From Candidatus Dadabacteria bacterium (GTDB lineage Bacteria; Desulfobacterota_D; UBA1144; Nemesobacterales; CSP1-2): a stretch of 56,822 nucleotides of DNA. The translations under genes and the position numbers were made by a program. Each line of letters opens with the position of its first letter. Positions within the stretch are counted from its first letter, which is position 1. Positions 9,895 to 20,330 of the stretch are shown one piece after another. A model generated the notes under the pieces. It was not told the origin of the DNA. It worked only from the letters and a program-made list of their open reading frames with translations, and did no database searches. The stretch is taken from the NCBI GenBank assembly GCA_040289575.1, contig PSLL01000003.1, positions 56,049-112,870 of the forward strand, read 5' to 3'.

Positions 9895-10891
9895 TACCCT
9901 TTGGGTAAAAGGACAGATTGAGGGAAAGATTGAGAGAGGGCATTTTAAATCCGCCATTCCTCTAATTGAGAAACTCCTAAGACTTGGGCGAAACAGCCTA
10001 ACCCTCAAGGAGTTTGCATACGCAAACCTCGGACACGCATACCTATCTCTAAGGAGGTTTGATAAAGCCGAGTACTGCCTAAAGAAGGCTATTAAATTAA
10101 ACCCTAGGGAGTCGCGTTATCACTACCTTCTCGGTCTTGCCTATAGCGCATCTGGCATGATTTCAGATGCCCTTAAGGAGTTTGAATACACAGTCCAAAT
10201 AGTTGATAATAAAAGCGAGTATCAGCGTGCCCTTGGTTGGGCAAAGTTCGTTTCTGGACAGACCACAGAGGGAATAAAACACTTAAAAAGGGCATTGGAT
10301 TTGGATAATAGGAATGTCTATGCCTATGCTGACCTTGCATCATGTTATATGAAGATGAACCGGTTTAATGAGGCAATTAGAACTCTAAGGAAGGGACTCT
10401 TGAGGGTTCCGGGGGATCCCTTTTTACTCCGCACACAAAATGTGGTTGAGCGTACGGGGGATGAATATAAGAAGGTTAAAGAAGAAGAGAAAAGGGTCAG
10501 GTATAGAATTGATAAGATAAAGGATTCTGAATTTCACAAGGTAAGAAAATCGCTTCTTCAAGGGATGAGGCTGGCTGGATATAGCGAGACTCAGAAAAAG
10601 AGCGCCGAGAAGCTCTGGTACGATTTTTATAAAATGAGGAAGCTCCAAATCAGGCGTCCCGAGAGCTGGGCTGCTGCCCTCGAATACACTATAGCGAGGT
10701 TGGACCTAATAGAAGGGGAAACACAAAAGACGGTTGCCTCTAAATACGGTGTCTCGGAAACGATTGTTTCTTCTCGATTTAACGATATATGCCGTACACT
10801 TGACATTAGGGTCTTTGATAAAAGGTACTACTCTATAGAAGAGGATTTCTTCATAGGTATATTGCATGGCCTCTCTCTCAGGGATGAGTAG
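9869..10891 (+). CDS. TPR protein with a C-terminal TFIIB/cyclin-like helix-turn-helix domain
   Basis: Several TPR repeats (AYANLGHAY, YHYLLGLAY, AYADLASCY), then RPESWAAALEY...TQKTVASKYGVSETIVSSRFNDI. Start may be GTG 9884. Confidence 0.75.
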   Translation: MLEGKVIDSTLWVKGQIEGKIERGHFKSAIPLIEKLLRLGRNSLTLKEFAYANLGHAYLSLRRFDKAEYCLKKAIKLNPRESRYHYLLGLAYSASGMISDALKEFEYTVQIVDNKSEYQRALGWAKFVSGQTTEGIKHLKRALDLDNRNVYAYADLASCYMKMNRFNEAIRTLRKGLLRVPGDPFLLRTQNVVERTGDEYKKVKEEEKRVRYRIDKIKDSEFHKVRKSLLQGMRLAGYSETQKKSAEKLWYDFYKMRKLQIRRPESWAAALEYTIARLDLIEGETQKTVASKYGVSETIVSSRFNDICRTLDIRVFDKRYYSIEEDFFIGILHGLSLRDE

Positions 10892-10918
10892 TGTGTCGGG
10901 TGTTGGATATTAGGTGAT

Positions 10919-11593
10919 ATGTATGTGCTATTACCTGAATATCTAAGAGATATGGCATATAAAAACTCATACATTAGTGACATACAAAATTACTTTCTTT
11001 TTCTGGTTGACAGGGGAATTATGCTCTCCCCTAAGGATTATGATCTCATTATGAAATGGAAAAGAAGAGGAGTTCCCAAGGAGATTGTATATAGGGGTAT
11101 AAATAAGGCGATTGAGAATTTAAGGAAGAAAAGAAGCAGCATCTCATTTTTAAGAGGTCTTGATGAATGCGCTCCGTTTATTGAGGGGGAGATAAGGAAT
11201 CACCGGAGCAGTATGGAGAATGAATCTGTCATCGAATCAACCAGAGGTGACATTATTAAAAGGGTTGCCGAGAGACTTGCCGCAATAATAACGAATGAAA
11301 ATATGGAGAGTATAAGGCGACACTATATAGAGATTAGAAAAAGGGTTTTGGATTTGACGAATTCAAATGAGGATGTTTTTAAGGCAATAGAGAAAATAGA
11401 AGAGGAATCCTATGAGGACTTTTTTCAAACCCTGTCCCCAGAGGAAAAAAAGAGGATAGGGCAGATGGCCGAAGGTATGATTGACAAGGAAAGAGGACAT
11501 CTTATGACCGATAAGGCCCGACGCGAAAGTGTTTTATCATTTCGTAATGAGATACTGAGGAGGGATTACAAACTAATTAGGATATTCTCATAA
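10919..11593 (+). CDS. Hypothetical protein with a DnaD/DnaB-like N-terminal domain
   Basis: N-terminus QNYF...LSPKDYDLIMKWKRRGVPKEIVYRGINKA resembles the DnaD-type 'LSPxD..I..W......E.I..AI..A' pattern; helical charged C-terminus; lies directly upstream of a DnaC-like ATPase. Confidence 0.6.
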   Translation: MYVLLPEYLRDMAYKNSYISDIQNYFLFLVDRGIMLSPKDYDLIMKWKRRGVPKEIVYRGINKAIENLRKKRSSISFLRGLDECAPFIEGEIRNHRSSMENESVIESTRGDIIKRVAERLAAIITNENMESIRRHYIEIRKRVLDLTNSNEDVFKAIEKIEEESYEDFFQTLSPEEKKRIGQMAEGMIDKERGHLMTDKARRESVLSFRNEILRRDYKLIRIFS

Positions 11594-11605
11594 CACTTAA
11601 AAACC

Positions 11606-12463
11606 ATGGTGAGGGTAATTAAAGGCAAAACCATAGGGTGTGACGGTTGTCGTTGGAGGGGATACTCTGTTGAAAAGAGGGGAGACCTTTCTATAGCGAG
11701 GGTTTGTGAGTGCATATTAGGAAACCTAGAACGCAAACGCGCTGGTTGCCCGGAATGCGGTGGTAGCGGTTCGGTTCTATCTAAAAATGAAAGAGGGTAC
11801 ACCTGCATCAATATCTGTAGTGTGTGTGGGATAGCACGAAGAAAGGTAAAATTATACAACCTGGCAGGTATTCCGGCTAAGTATTGGGAGGTACTTCAAC
11901 CGGATACATTTTATCCCAAGAATGGATCGCAACAAGATGCACTTACGTATGTAAAGGACTTTGTAAAACAATACCCACATAAGAAGGGTTTTCTTCTTAT
12001 GGGAGGGCCTGGTCGCGGCAAAACACATCTTGCCATTGGAGCTATATCTGAGCTTACACTGGAGCGCGGAGTGAAATGCATGTTTAAGGATTTTTTTCAC
12101 CTTCTTTCCGAGCTTAAAGAGGCATACTCAGAGGGAACACCGGAGAATACGGTGCTCTTTCCCCTTATAGAAACCGAGGTTCTTGTCATAGATGAGCTTG
12201 GTAAAGGAAAGAGCAGCGATTGGGAACTCAATATACTAGATCAATTGATTTCAAAGAGATATAACGCATCAAAGATGACTTTGGCAACCACGAATTATGT
12301 TTCCAGAGGGTATGCAATGCGGAAGGATGAAGAACAGCAAATACTTGAAGACAGAATTGGGGAGAGAATTGCTTCAAGGCTCTATGAGATGTGTGAATTC
12401 ATATATATTGAGGGCGACGACCATAGAGGCGAGGGCCATAAAAAGGCAAGAAAGAGGGCCTAA
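11606..12463 (+). CDS. DnaC/DnaI/IstB-like AAA+ ATPase with N-terminal Cys-rich Zn modules
   Basis: Walker A GGPGRGKT, Walker B VLVIDE, sensor TTN and RIASRL; Cys clusters CDGC, CEC, CPEC and CINICSVC. Confidence 0.88.
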   Translation: MVRVIKGKTIGCDGCRWRGYSVEKRGDLSIARVCECILGNLERKRAGCPECGGSGSVLSKNERGYTCINICSVCGIARRKVKLYNLAGIPAKYWEVLQPDTFYPKNGSQQDALTYVKDFVKQYPHKKGFLLMGGPGRGKTHLAIGAISELTLERGVKCMFKDFFHLLSELKEAYSEGTPENTVLFPLIETEVLVIDELGKGKSSDWELNILDQLISKRYNASKMTLATTNYVSRGYAMRKDEEQQILEDRIGERIASRLYEMCEFIYIEGDDHRGEGHKKARKRA

Positions 12464-13494
12464 AACCTCCAAAACCCGGAGTGTATCCTTTTTACATTCT
12501 CTATAACAGGGTCTACCTTTGTCTCTTGTGTTAGGTCTTCATAATCGGTCTGTGTCTTTTCAAGTAATTCATCGATCACCGCTTTTGTAGATTCCCAGAG
12601 GCCGTCTAGATTATATCCGCCTTCGAGGATTAGAATTATCTTCCCCTTGCAGTGTTCCTCTGACATCTCTTTTAAAAATCTGGTCATTTGGGCGAAACCT
12701 CTCGGAGTGACCTTCATTCCTCCGAGGGGGTCTTCATAATACGCGTCGAATCCGGCGGAGACCAGGATAATCTGAGGTTTATATTGGTCAATAACAGGCT
12801 TTAGAATCTGGAAGAAGATTCTTATGTATTCTCTATCTCCCATCCCCAGAGGAAGAGGCACATTAATCGTGTATCCCATTCCCTTTCCCGTTCCTACTTC
12901 TTCTATTCTCCCTGTTCCCGGATAGTATGGATACTGATGCGTGGAAAAATATAGGACATCGGGGGAATCATAGAACATATGCTGAGTTCCATTTCCATGA
13001 TGAAGGTCCCAATCAACTATTAGTATGCGTTCCATTCCGTAGAATTTATTGGCATAAGCCGCGCCTATCGCGACATTATTAAATATACAAAACCCCATAG
13101 CCTTATTCCTCTCGGCATGATGTCCGGGCGGGCGGACAAGTGGAAATGCCATATCAACCTCCCCTTTTAAGACACTATCAACTGAAGAGACCATTCCGCC
13201 TGCAGCCCGAACCGCCGCATTAAACGACACAGGGCATGTGGATGTATCGGTGTCCAGAAATACCCTCATTCTTCCTCTTGTTGACTGAATAAAGTCAAAG
13301 TATCTAGGTTCGTGGACGAGTGTGATTTCCTCTTTTGTCGCATCGCGGGGCTGAATCATTATTAATTCATCAATGAGCCTTGTTCCGTTCAGCATATCAA
13401 CAATTGCAAGAAGCCTTTCCTGAGACTCGGGGTGTCCACTGCCGTTATCATGGTCAAAGTAGAGTTTGTCAAGAACGATACCCAACCTTTTCAT
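12460..13494 (-). CDS. Histone deacetylase family Zn-dependent deacylase (AcuC/AphA-like)
   Basis: HPES..RL, RPPGHHA, GFCIFNN, DWDLHHGNGTQ, SAGFD and LEGGY; start taken at ATG 13494. Confidence 0.93.
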   Translation of the reverse strand: MKRLGIVLDKLYFDHDNGSGHPESQERLLAIVDMLNGTRLIDELIMIQPRDATKEEITLVHEPRYFDFIQSTRGRMRVFLDTDTSTCPVSFNAAVRAAGGMVSSVDSVLKGEVDMAFPLVRPPGHHAERNKAMGFCIFNNVAIGAAYANKFYGMERILIVDWDLHHGNGTQHMFYDSPDVLYFSTHQYPYYPGTGRIEEVGTGKGMGYTINVPLPLGMGDREYIRIFFQILKPVIDQYKPQIILVSAGFDAYYEDPLGGMKVTPRGFAQMTRFLKEMSEEHCKGKIILILEGGYNLDGLWESTKAVIDELLEKTQTDYEDLTQETKVDPVIENVKRIHSGFWRF

Positions 13495-13565
13495 TTGGTT
13501 AAAAGGTAACACAGGTTAAAATAGGGCGCAATATTGCTAATAGCACAAGAACCGAAACTTCAATC

Positions 13566-14822
13566 CTATTTTTGAAGACTTTTTATAGCCCCAACCAAGT
13601 AGAGAGAACCAGTAATACACACAGGAAATGAAAGTGACTTTACCCTATAGAATGCCTCCCTAAAATCCTCTACGATCTCCACCTCATCTAAAAACTCCTC
13701 TGCTATCTTAGCCAATTTCTCTGAGTTAACACTTCTTTGAGACGGCACATCGGTTATTATAATAGATTGAGCAACCTGAGAGATCTCACTCATATACCCC
13801 TTATGATCCTTATCCGCAAGCATCCCAACTAAGAATACAAACCTCATTCCCGGAAACAATCTCTGAATTGACTCCCTCAGAGCCCGTGCCCCACCCGGAT
13901 TATGCGCACCATCAAGAATAATAGGCGGGCTGTATCTCAGAAACTCCATCCTCCCCTCCCATTTTACAGATAAGAGTCCAGTTCTCAGATTCTTCTCTTT
14001 TATCTCCATCCCATAGAACCGACAGAGGAATTCAAGCGTACAAATAGCGACAGAGGCGTTTTCAATCTGATAAAATCCGGGTAGGGCAAACCTAAGGTGG
14101 TCGAGGTTCCATTCCAATCCGGAATAACTAAAATCATCTGTGCTCTCTCCAGCGCTCATAAAATCCCTTTCCATTACACTAATTGGGGCAGATTTCCCAT
14201 AAGCTACGGACTCAATTACATCAAGTGCCTCTCCCTTTGCGGCAGTTACAACAGGCACACCGGGCTTTATGATCCCAGCCTTTTCAAAGGCTATCTTCTC
14301 TACAGTATCTCCCAAAAACTCCGTATGGTCTTTTGAGACGTTTGTGATAACCGAAAGAAGAGGGGCAACTACATTAGTTGCATCCCATCGTCCTCCCATC
14401 CCCACCTCAACCACAGAAAAATCCACCTCTTTTTCCAAGAAGTAGAGAAACGCACACGCTGTAAGAACCTCAAAATAACTCGGCTCTTGTGAGAAACAAG
14501 AAGAAAGATTCTTAATATCCAAAATCAATCTGGACAGATCATCAATAAGAATCTCTTCATCATTTACCTTTATCCTCTCCGAGACCCTTATAAGATGAGG
14601 AGAGGTATAAAGCCCAACATTATAGCCATGAGATCTGAGAACGGATGCAATTGTGGCCGAAACAGAGCCTTTTCCATTTGTTCCTCCAATAATGATGCTG
14701 TGCATTCTATCCTGGGGATTCCCAAGGGCAGAGAGAAGTCTGGTAATCCTCTCAAGACCAGGATTTACTCTATGGAGTCCAAGGGAATTAAGATAAGAGA
14801 TTGCATCCACTTTTATTCTCAA
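13566..14822 (-). CDS. folC: Folylpolyglutamate synthase / dihydrofolate synthase
   Basis: GTNGKGS, YTSPHL, EVGMGGRWDATN, EKAGI and LDGAHN. Confidence 0.95.
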   Translation of the reverse strand: MRIKVDAISYLNSLGLHRVNPGLERITRLLSALGNPQDRMHSIIIGGTNGKGSVSATIASVLRSHGYNVGLYTSPHLIRVSERIKVNDEEILIDDLSRLILDIKNLSSCFSQEPSYFEVLTACAFLYFLEKEVDFSVVEVGMGGRWDATNVVAPLLSVITNVSKDHTEFLGDTVEKIAFEKAGIIKPGVPVVTAAKGEALDVIESVAYGKSAPISVMERDFMSAGESTDDFSYSGLEWNLDHLRFALPGFYQIENASVAICTLEFLCRFYGMEIKEKNLRTGLLSVKWEGRMEFLRYSPPIILDGAHNPGGARALRESIQRLFPGMRFVFLVGMLADKDHKGYMSEISQVAQSIIITDVPSQRSVNSEKLAKIAEEFLDEVEIVEDFREAFYRVKSLSFPVCITGSLYLVGAIKSLQK

Positions 14823-14835
14823 CCCAATAGAAATC

Positions 14836-15180
14836 CTAGCCCGGAGGCCATGTCATATGCCTTCCGCCCAAGAGGTGAACATGGACGTGCCAGACAGTCT
14901 GGCCGCTTTGCAAACCACAGTTTATAACCAATCTAAATCCCCGCTGGCTGATACCCTCTTTTTTTGCAATACCATTTGCGACATATATGAGGTGCCCAAG
15001 AAGGGGCTTATCCTCCTCAGTCGATTCAACCACTGTCCGTATATGTCTTTTAGGAATTATTAGGATATGAGTCGGTGCTTGAGGTTTTATATCTCTAAAC
15101 GCAATTGAAATATCATCTTCATATACAATTGTAGCCGGAAGTTCTCTATTTACAATCCCACAGAATACACAGTCTTCCAT
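14836..15180 (-). CDS. Histidine triad (HIT/HinT) nucleotide-binding protein
   Basis: CVFCGI, DIKPQAPTHILIIPK and GQTVWHVHVH. Confidence 0.93.
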   Translation of the reverse strand: MEDCVFCGIVNRELPATIVYEDDISIAFRDIKPQAPTHILIIPKRHIRTVVESTEEDKPLLGHLIYVANGIAKKEGISQRGFRLVINCGLQSGQTVWHVHVHLLGGRHMTWPPG

Positions 15181-15329
15181 ATCTTTTCTCCTTAATAATG
15201 CAAACGTCAGAAGGTTATTTTATTATATCACACCCCAGAAAAAATTCGTGTTTTCCAAGTAACTACTATACAGCAAAAGAGACAAAAACAATAAAAAGAA
15301 AACAGTAATGATTTCCACTCGGTATTAAC

Positions 15330-15863
15330 TTGATATTGGAGTTCCACAAATGTAGAATTGATATTGAAAACCATTTATTAAAAGGCAAAGAAGAATTGAT
15401 CTCCAGACTAAGACCAAAGGCCGAGAGAAAAAAGGCACTAAAAGAGTATATATCAAAGAAGAAGCTCAAATCCACAAAGCAAAGGGATACGATTTTTGAT
15501 GAATTTTTCAACCACCCTGGGCAACACATAACAGTAGAAGAGCTCTACGAGAAGGTAAAAAAGCAGAATCCAAAGATCGGGTATGCCACAGTCTATAGAA
15601 CCCTAAAACTCTTTAAAGAATGTGCCTTGGCCTTTGAGAGAAACTTTGGAGATGGCAAAACCAGGTATGAACCAGTTAAATTTGAAGGAGAACACCACGA
15701 TCACCTCATTTGTATTGGATGCGGAAGAATCACAGAGTTTGAGAATCCACACATTGAACACTACTCAAGAGAGGTCGCAAGGGTCAACGAATTTAAGGTT
15801 GTAAACCATAAGCTTGAGCTTTACGGCTATTGCTCAGCATGCACAAGAAAAAAGGACAATTAG
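15330..15863 (+). CDS. Fur family transcriptional regulator
   Basis: TKQR, ATVYRTL, HHDHLICIGCG and C-terminal CSAC; the true start is probably downstream of 15330. Confidence 0.92.
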   Translation: MILEFHKCRIDIENHLLKGKEELISRLRPKAERKKALKEYISKKKLKSTKQRDTIFDEFFNHPGQHITVEELYEKVKKQNPKIGYATVYRTLKLFKECALAFERNFGDGKTRYEPVKFEGEHHDHLICIGCGRITEFENPHIEHYSREVARVNEFKVVNHKLELYGYCSACTRKKDN

Positions 15864-15883
15864 TAATTTCGCTAGAGATAAAT

Positions 15884-16261
15884 CTATCTCTCAAGAACTA
15901 CGATCGCCGTAGCATAATCACCGTCATGTGAAATTGATACATGGACAGCATATATATTCATCATCTCCAATACATACTTTGCCCTCCCGTAAGAATTGAT
16001 ATAAGGCTTCCCATATTCATCCCTTAGAACTTCAATATCAACCATCCTAATGTTGTTTTTAAGACTCCCTCCAATGGCTTTAAAAAAGGCCTCCTTTACA
16101 GCAAAATTTGCGGCAAAGCGCTCAGAGCTCCTTTTATAACGCTGAGAATTATATATCTCCCTCTCTGAAAATACCCTCTTCTTAAACCTGTCTCCCCAAT
16201 TCTCTAAGAGCCTCTCGATTCTACAGACATTTACAATGTCAATTCCCACACCTAAAATCAT
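15884..16261 (-). CDS. acpS: Holo-[acyl-carrier-protein] synthase
   Basis: GVGIDIV, FAVKEAFFKA, GKP and VSISHD. Confidence 0.95.
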   Translation of the reverse strand: MILGVGIDIVNVCRIERLLENWGDRFKKRVFSEREIYNSQRYKRSSERFAANFAVKEAFFKAIGGSLKNNIRMVDIEVLRDEYGKPYINSYGRAKYVLEMMNIYAVHVSISHDGDYATAIVVLER

Positions 16262-16294
16262 ATCTAGACACAGAGAACCAGTAAAAATAAGCAG

Positions 16295-17008
16295 CTACAT
16301 ACAAATCTCAATCATTTCCCTTACAGCTCTTTCAATCCCGACAATTATAGCACGTGATATGATACTATGACCGATATTTAGCTCCTCAATCCCATCTATC
16401 CGAACAATCCTCTTTACATTTATGTAATTTAGCCCGTGTCCTGCTGCAACCCTCAATCCAAGCCCAAGGGTTATACTTACGGCCTCTTCAATCTCCCTTA
16501 ATTTAGCCTCTTTTTCCCAATCTTGTTTTGCCTCTGCATATCTGCCCGTGTGAATCTCGACCATATCGGCTCCCACGGTTTTTGCAGCCCTAATCTGATC
16601 CAGATCGGGGTCCATAAAAAGGCTTACAAACAGACCGCTTTCCTTAAGTTTTTCTACAACACCGAGAATCTTTTCAGAATTGCCTAGAACATCGAGTCCA
16701 CCTTCAGTAGTTATCTCTTCTCTCCTTTCGGGGACGAGTGTTACCATATCAGGTTTTACATCTAGCGCAATACCTATCATTTCGGGGGTTGGGGCCATCT
16801 CCAGATTGAGTTTGGTCTTTACAACCTCCCTGAGAATCCTTATGTCTCTATCCTGTATATGCCTTCTGTCCTCCCTAAGATGGGCTACAATACCGTCGGC
16901 TCCCGCGAGTTCTACCAAATAAGCTGCAAGTATAGGATCGGGTTCCATTCCTCTTCTTGCCTGTCTCAGAGTCGCCACATGGTCTATATTTACATTTAAT
17001 CTGGGCAT
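16295..17008 (-). CDS. pdxJ: Pyridoxine 5'-phosphate synthase
   Basis: [26 protein letters not shown] and ELNIGHSII; start at ATG 17008 after a GGAGG RBS. Confidence 0.96.
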   Translation of the reverse strand: MPRLNVNIDHVATLRQARRGMEPDPILAAYLVELAGADGIVAHLREDRRHIQDRDIRILREVVKTKLNLEMAPTPEMIGIALDVKPDMVTLVPERREEITTEGGLDVLGNSEKILGVVEKLKESGLFVSLFMDPDLDQIRAAKTVGADMVEIHTGRYAEAKQDWEKEAKLREIEEAVSITLGLGLRVAAGHGLNYINVKRIVRIDGIEELNIGHSIISRAIIVGIERAVREMIEICM

Positions 17009-17027
17009 TGACTTATTATTTCCTCCG

Positions 17028-18407
17028 TTATTCTCCAATATCACGCTCAATCAAAGAAGCAATCTCCTGTGCGATCTCTGTTATTAGTGATTCATCCTCA
17101 CCCTCCACCATAATCCTTGCAAGTGGTTCTGTTCCTGAGTATCTGAGATTGATCCTCCCCCTATTTTTTAGATCCCTCTCAGAGGTCACAATTAAATCGG
17201 AAAGTCCCTTTATAGATTCAAATGGCTTTTTCTCCCTCACTCTTACGTTTAAGAGAATCTGTGGAAAGAGGTCTATTATCTTTGCAAGCTCAGAGAGCCT
17301 CTTTTCCTTTCGCTTCATAATGGCTAAAACCTGGAGGGCGGCAAGTGTCCCATCACCGGTCGTAGTATAGTCAAGAAATATTATATGCCCCGATTTCTCT
17401 CCTCCGAAATTACATCCTCTTACCCTCATCTCTTCTACAACATATCTATCTCCGACTGCAGTTCTGATCAACTCCCCTCCGCTGTCGCGTATAAACGCCT
17501 CAAGAGACATATTACTCATTACGGTTGAGACAACCGTGTTTTTTAACAACCTTCCGCTCTTAATCATCTCCTCCGCACATATAGCCATTATTTTATCCCC
17601 ATCCACTATATCCCCATTTTCATCACAGAAGATAACCCTATCGGCATCCCCATCCAATGCTATTCCCAAATCTGCACTCGTCTCCTTTACCTTTTGTCTA
17701 AGCAAATCCGGGTTGAGAGAGCCACAATCGGTATTTATATTCTTGCCATCGGGTTTCACTCCAATTGATATAAGGTCGGCACCCAGCTCTTCAAACACAA
17801 TTGGGGAGACCCTGTAAGCCGCTCCGTTTGCACAGTCTAAGACGACCCTAAACCCTTCAAGCGTCAGGTCCTTTGGGAATGCATTTTTGAGAAATACCAC
17901 ATACCTCCCTCTAGCATCATCGAGTCTCGAAGCCTTTCCAATATCCTTAGGGGAAACACCCATACGGTTAATTCCCTCACTGAAGACAAGCTCCTCTATC
18001 TCCAATTCCCTTTCATCGGGGAGTTTAAATCCGAACCTATCAAAGAATTTTATGCCGTTGTCTTCATAGGGGTTATGCGAAGCGGATATAACAACGCCTG
18101 CATCCGCCCGCATACTGGCGGTAAGAAACGCAATGGCAGGGGTAGGAAGGGGACCTACAAGAAGCACATCTGCGCCCATAGAGGTAATTCCTGCGGATAT
18201 TGCCTGTTCAAACATATACCCTGAGAGCCTTGTATCCTTGCCAATTACTATTCTCAGCCTTTTTGAATCAGTTTTCTTCTGATTTAGTATATATATCAGC
18301 GCTTTGCCGAGCTTAAGGCTTATCTCCGGGGTCATAGGGTCATAATTCACCACTCCCCTTACGCCATCTGTCCCAAAAAGACGCTTATTAGATTCTCTCA
18401 ATTTCAC
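17028..18407 (-). CDS. glmM: Phosphoglucosamine mutase
   Basis: [29 protein letters not shown] and RYSGTEP. Confidence 0.96.
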   Translation of the reverse strand: MKLRESNKRLFGTDGVRGVVNYDPMTPEISLKLGKALIYILNQKKTDSKRLRIVIGKDTRLSGYMFEQAISAGITSMGADVLLVGPLPTPAIAFLTASMRADAGVVISASHNPYEDNGIKFFDRFGFKLPDERELEIEELVFSEGINRMGVSPKDIGKASRLDDARGRYVVFLKNAFPKDLTLEGFRVVLDCANGAAYRVSPIVFEELGADLISIGVKPDGKNINTDCGSLNPDLLRQKVKETSADLGIALDGDADRVIFCDENGDIVDGDKIMAICAEEMIKSGRLLKNTVVSTVMSNMSLEAFIRDSGGELIRTAVGDRYVVEEMRVRGCNFGGEKSGHIIFLDYTTTGDGTLAALQVLAIMKRKEKRLSELAKIIDLFPQILLNVRVREKKPFESIKGLSDLIVTSERDLKNRGRINLRYSGTEPLARIMVEGEDESLITEIAQEIASLIERDIGE

Positions 18408-18417
18408 CCTCCGTTTG

Positions 18418-19467
18418 TTATTTCCTCAATATTACCTGAATCTCATCAGGCACCTTTTTCTTTAGTATAAGACTACCCTTATAAGGATAGTTTACATTTA
18501 CCTTGAGCTTCTGTATCCTCTGTTTGGTGTTTTGTTTAAGTTTACTTGCATCTATATATAGTTCTATATCGTCGCTGTTTAGGCTTTTGATGATGCGGTA
18601 TGGACCCTCAAATACCAACTCGGCTTTGAGTGGCTCAAGAGGCTCGAATTGAACCCCATCAGAATTAAGGAAGGTTATATTTATATCCTTGAATTCCTTT
18701 ACCACAGTCTTCTCTTGAATATCCACTGTAACCCTCGCAAATCTCCTGCCGAGTATATCAACCCCCGGAGGCACCTTCAGAGGAACCTCAATTGTGAAGC
18801 TCGACCTTACACCAGCGGTTGAAACCAGATCGGTAGAGATACTCTCAATCTGGGACACTATCCGTTTTGGTCCTCTAATCCTGACCTTAGAGGGTGTAAT
18901 CTCAGGTTCACCGACTATCTCATAACCGGTATCGGGAATAGAGACTGCGGGTTTTATTACTACCTCCTTATCTATTATTTTATCAATATCTATTTTGACT
19001 TCAGCGGGGCTTATTCCTACTACCTGCACCCCCCTAGGCGGTTTTATCTGATCCGTACGGATCTCAAATTTAGAGACCCCGGGGGTGGCATGAGAAAGAT
19101 CAAGCGTAAAGACCATATCCCGAGGTGAAAGCGATGAAAGCTGGGTTCTAGGTCCCCGAACCCTCAGATTTAGTGTTTGAGGGGGATCGTTCATTATGAC
19201 AAGATCAGCTGGAAGATTAACATAATTGACCTCAGCCGATACGCTCCTTTCTACGTCCTGCTCAACATTGGCTGAAAACCAGAGGGCTACCGCAAAAGCC
19301 ACGGCGAGAATCTTTTTACCACGGTTCTTAAGAAACAGGCCCTTGAGTCCTCTTACAACCGCCTCTCCTATAATAGGCATCAAAGAACGTACTTCATTCC
19401 ACCACAGAGATAATGCGACTCCAATCCGATTTAGTGTCTCCCACATACTGCGGTCTTTACCTTTCAT
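18418..19467 (-). CDS. cdaR: CdaR/YbbR-domain regulator of diadenylate cyclase
   Basis: Single TM segment ([13 protein letters not shown]) followed by beta-rich YbbR-like repeats; located between cdaA and glmM. Confidence 0.85.
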   Translation of the reverse strand: MKGKDRSMWETLNRIGVALSLWWNEVRSLMPIIGEAVVRGLKGLFLKNRGKKILAVAFAVALWFSANVEQDVERSVSAEVNYVNLPADLVIMNDPPQTLNLRVRGPRTQLSSLSPRDMVFTLDLSHATPGVSKFEIRTDQIKPPRGVQVVGISPAEVKIDIDKIIDKEVVIKPAVSIPDTGYEIVGEPEITPSKVRIRGPKRIVSQIESISTDLVSTAGVRSSFTIEVPLKVPPGVDILGRRFARVTVDIQEKTVVKEFKDINITFLNSDGVQFEPLEPLKAELVFEGPYRIIKSLNSDDIELYIDASKLKQNTKQRIQKLKVNVNYPYKGSLILKKKVPDEIQVILRK

Positions 19468-19488
19468 AATGCATAAACCGGGGTATAA

Positions 19489-20319
19489 TTAAGCCTCCGT
19501 TTTTTCAATCCGCCTTTTCCTCAGAAGACCGAGAATCCCATGCCTTTGAGTCTGTCCTCTTTTTACTCCAAGTATATCAAAAAGACGGTTATCAAGAGAT
19601 GTGGCATCAAGCCCCCTCATCAGATTTCCCCCAAAGGCAAGGGATATTATCCCTGTTTCCTCCGAGGCCACTACAACCGCGGCATCGGTTTCCCTTGATA
19701 GTCCTATGGCTGCCCTATGTCTTGTGCCGAGTTCCCTTTCCAAATCTGGGTCGGTAGCGAGGGGAAAAAACGAGCCTACAGATAATATCCTATTCTTTCC
19801 TATGATCATCCCGCCGTCATGGAGAGGGGAGTCCTTGTTAAATATGGTTATAATCAGCTCTCTTGAGACCCATGCGTCGAGTCTCATCCCAACCTCAACG
19901 AAATCTGCAAGGCTATCTTTTCTTTCAATTGCAATAAGCGCCCCGATTCGACGGCTCGCCAGGAGGCTTGTCGCCTTCACAATTTCATCAACGATAAACT
20001 GCTCGGATTTTCTGTAGTATGTCTTTAAGCCGAGCGGGTTGCCACCGAATGCGGTGAGGGCCCTCCGTATATCGTTTTGAAAGAGAATCACAACAATTAG
20101 GATTATAGAGCCTAGGAAATGGTCCAGAATCCAGTTGAGCGTGTAGAGTTCCCACTTCTGAGATAGAAAATAAAGGACAAATATGGATGCGAGGCCAAAA
20201 AGCATCTGAACCGCGCGCGTCCCTTCAATGAGCCTCAGAATGTAATATATAATTAGGGCGACTATTATGATATCTGCCGTATCGGAGATGAATCTGAAGT
20301 GTAATATCGCATCGAGCAT
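19489..20319 (-). CDS. cdaA: Membrane diadenylate cyclase CdaA/DacA
   Basis: Three N-terminal TM segments, LFQNDIRRAL, SPLHDGG (DGA-type motif) and GTRHRAA. Confidence 0.93.
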   Translation of the reverse strand: MLDAILHFRFISDTADIIIVALIIYYILRLIEGTRAVQMLFGLASIFVLYFLSQKWELYTLNWILDHFLGSIILIVVILFQNDIRRALTAFGGNPLGLKTYYRKSEQFIVDEIVKATSLLASRRIGALIAIERKDSLADFVEVGMRLDAWVSRELIITIFNKDSPLHDGGMIIGKNRILSVGSFFPLATDPDLERELGTRHRAAIGLSRETDAAVVVASEETGIISLAFGGNLMRGLDATSLDNRLFDILGVKRGQTQRHGILGLLRKRRIEKTEA

Positions 20320-20330
20320 TGTCGCCCTCC

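Noticed and set aside
11606..12463. IS21 IstB or a prophage replication gene
   Set aside because: No IstA transposase, terminal repeats, integrase or phage structural genes nearby; the gene is embedded in a housekeeping string.
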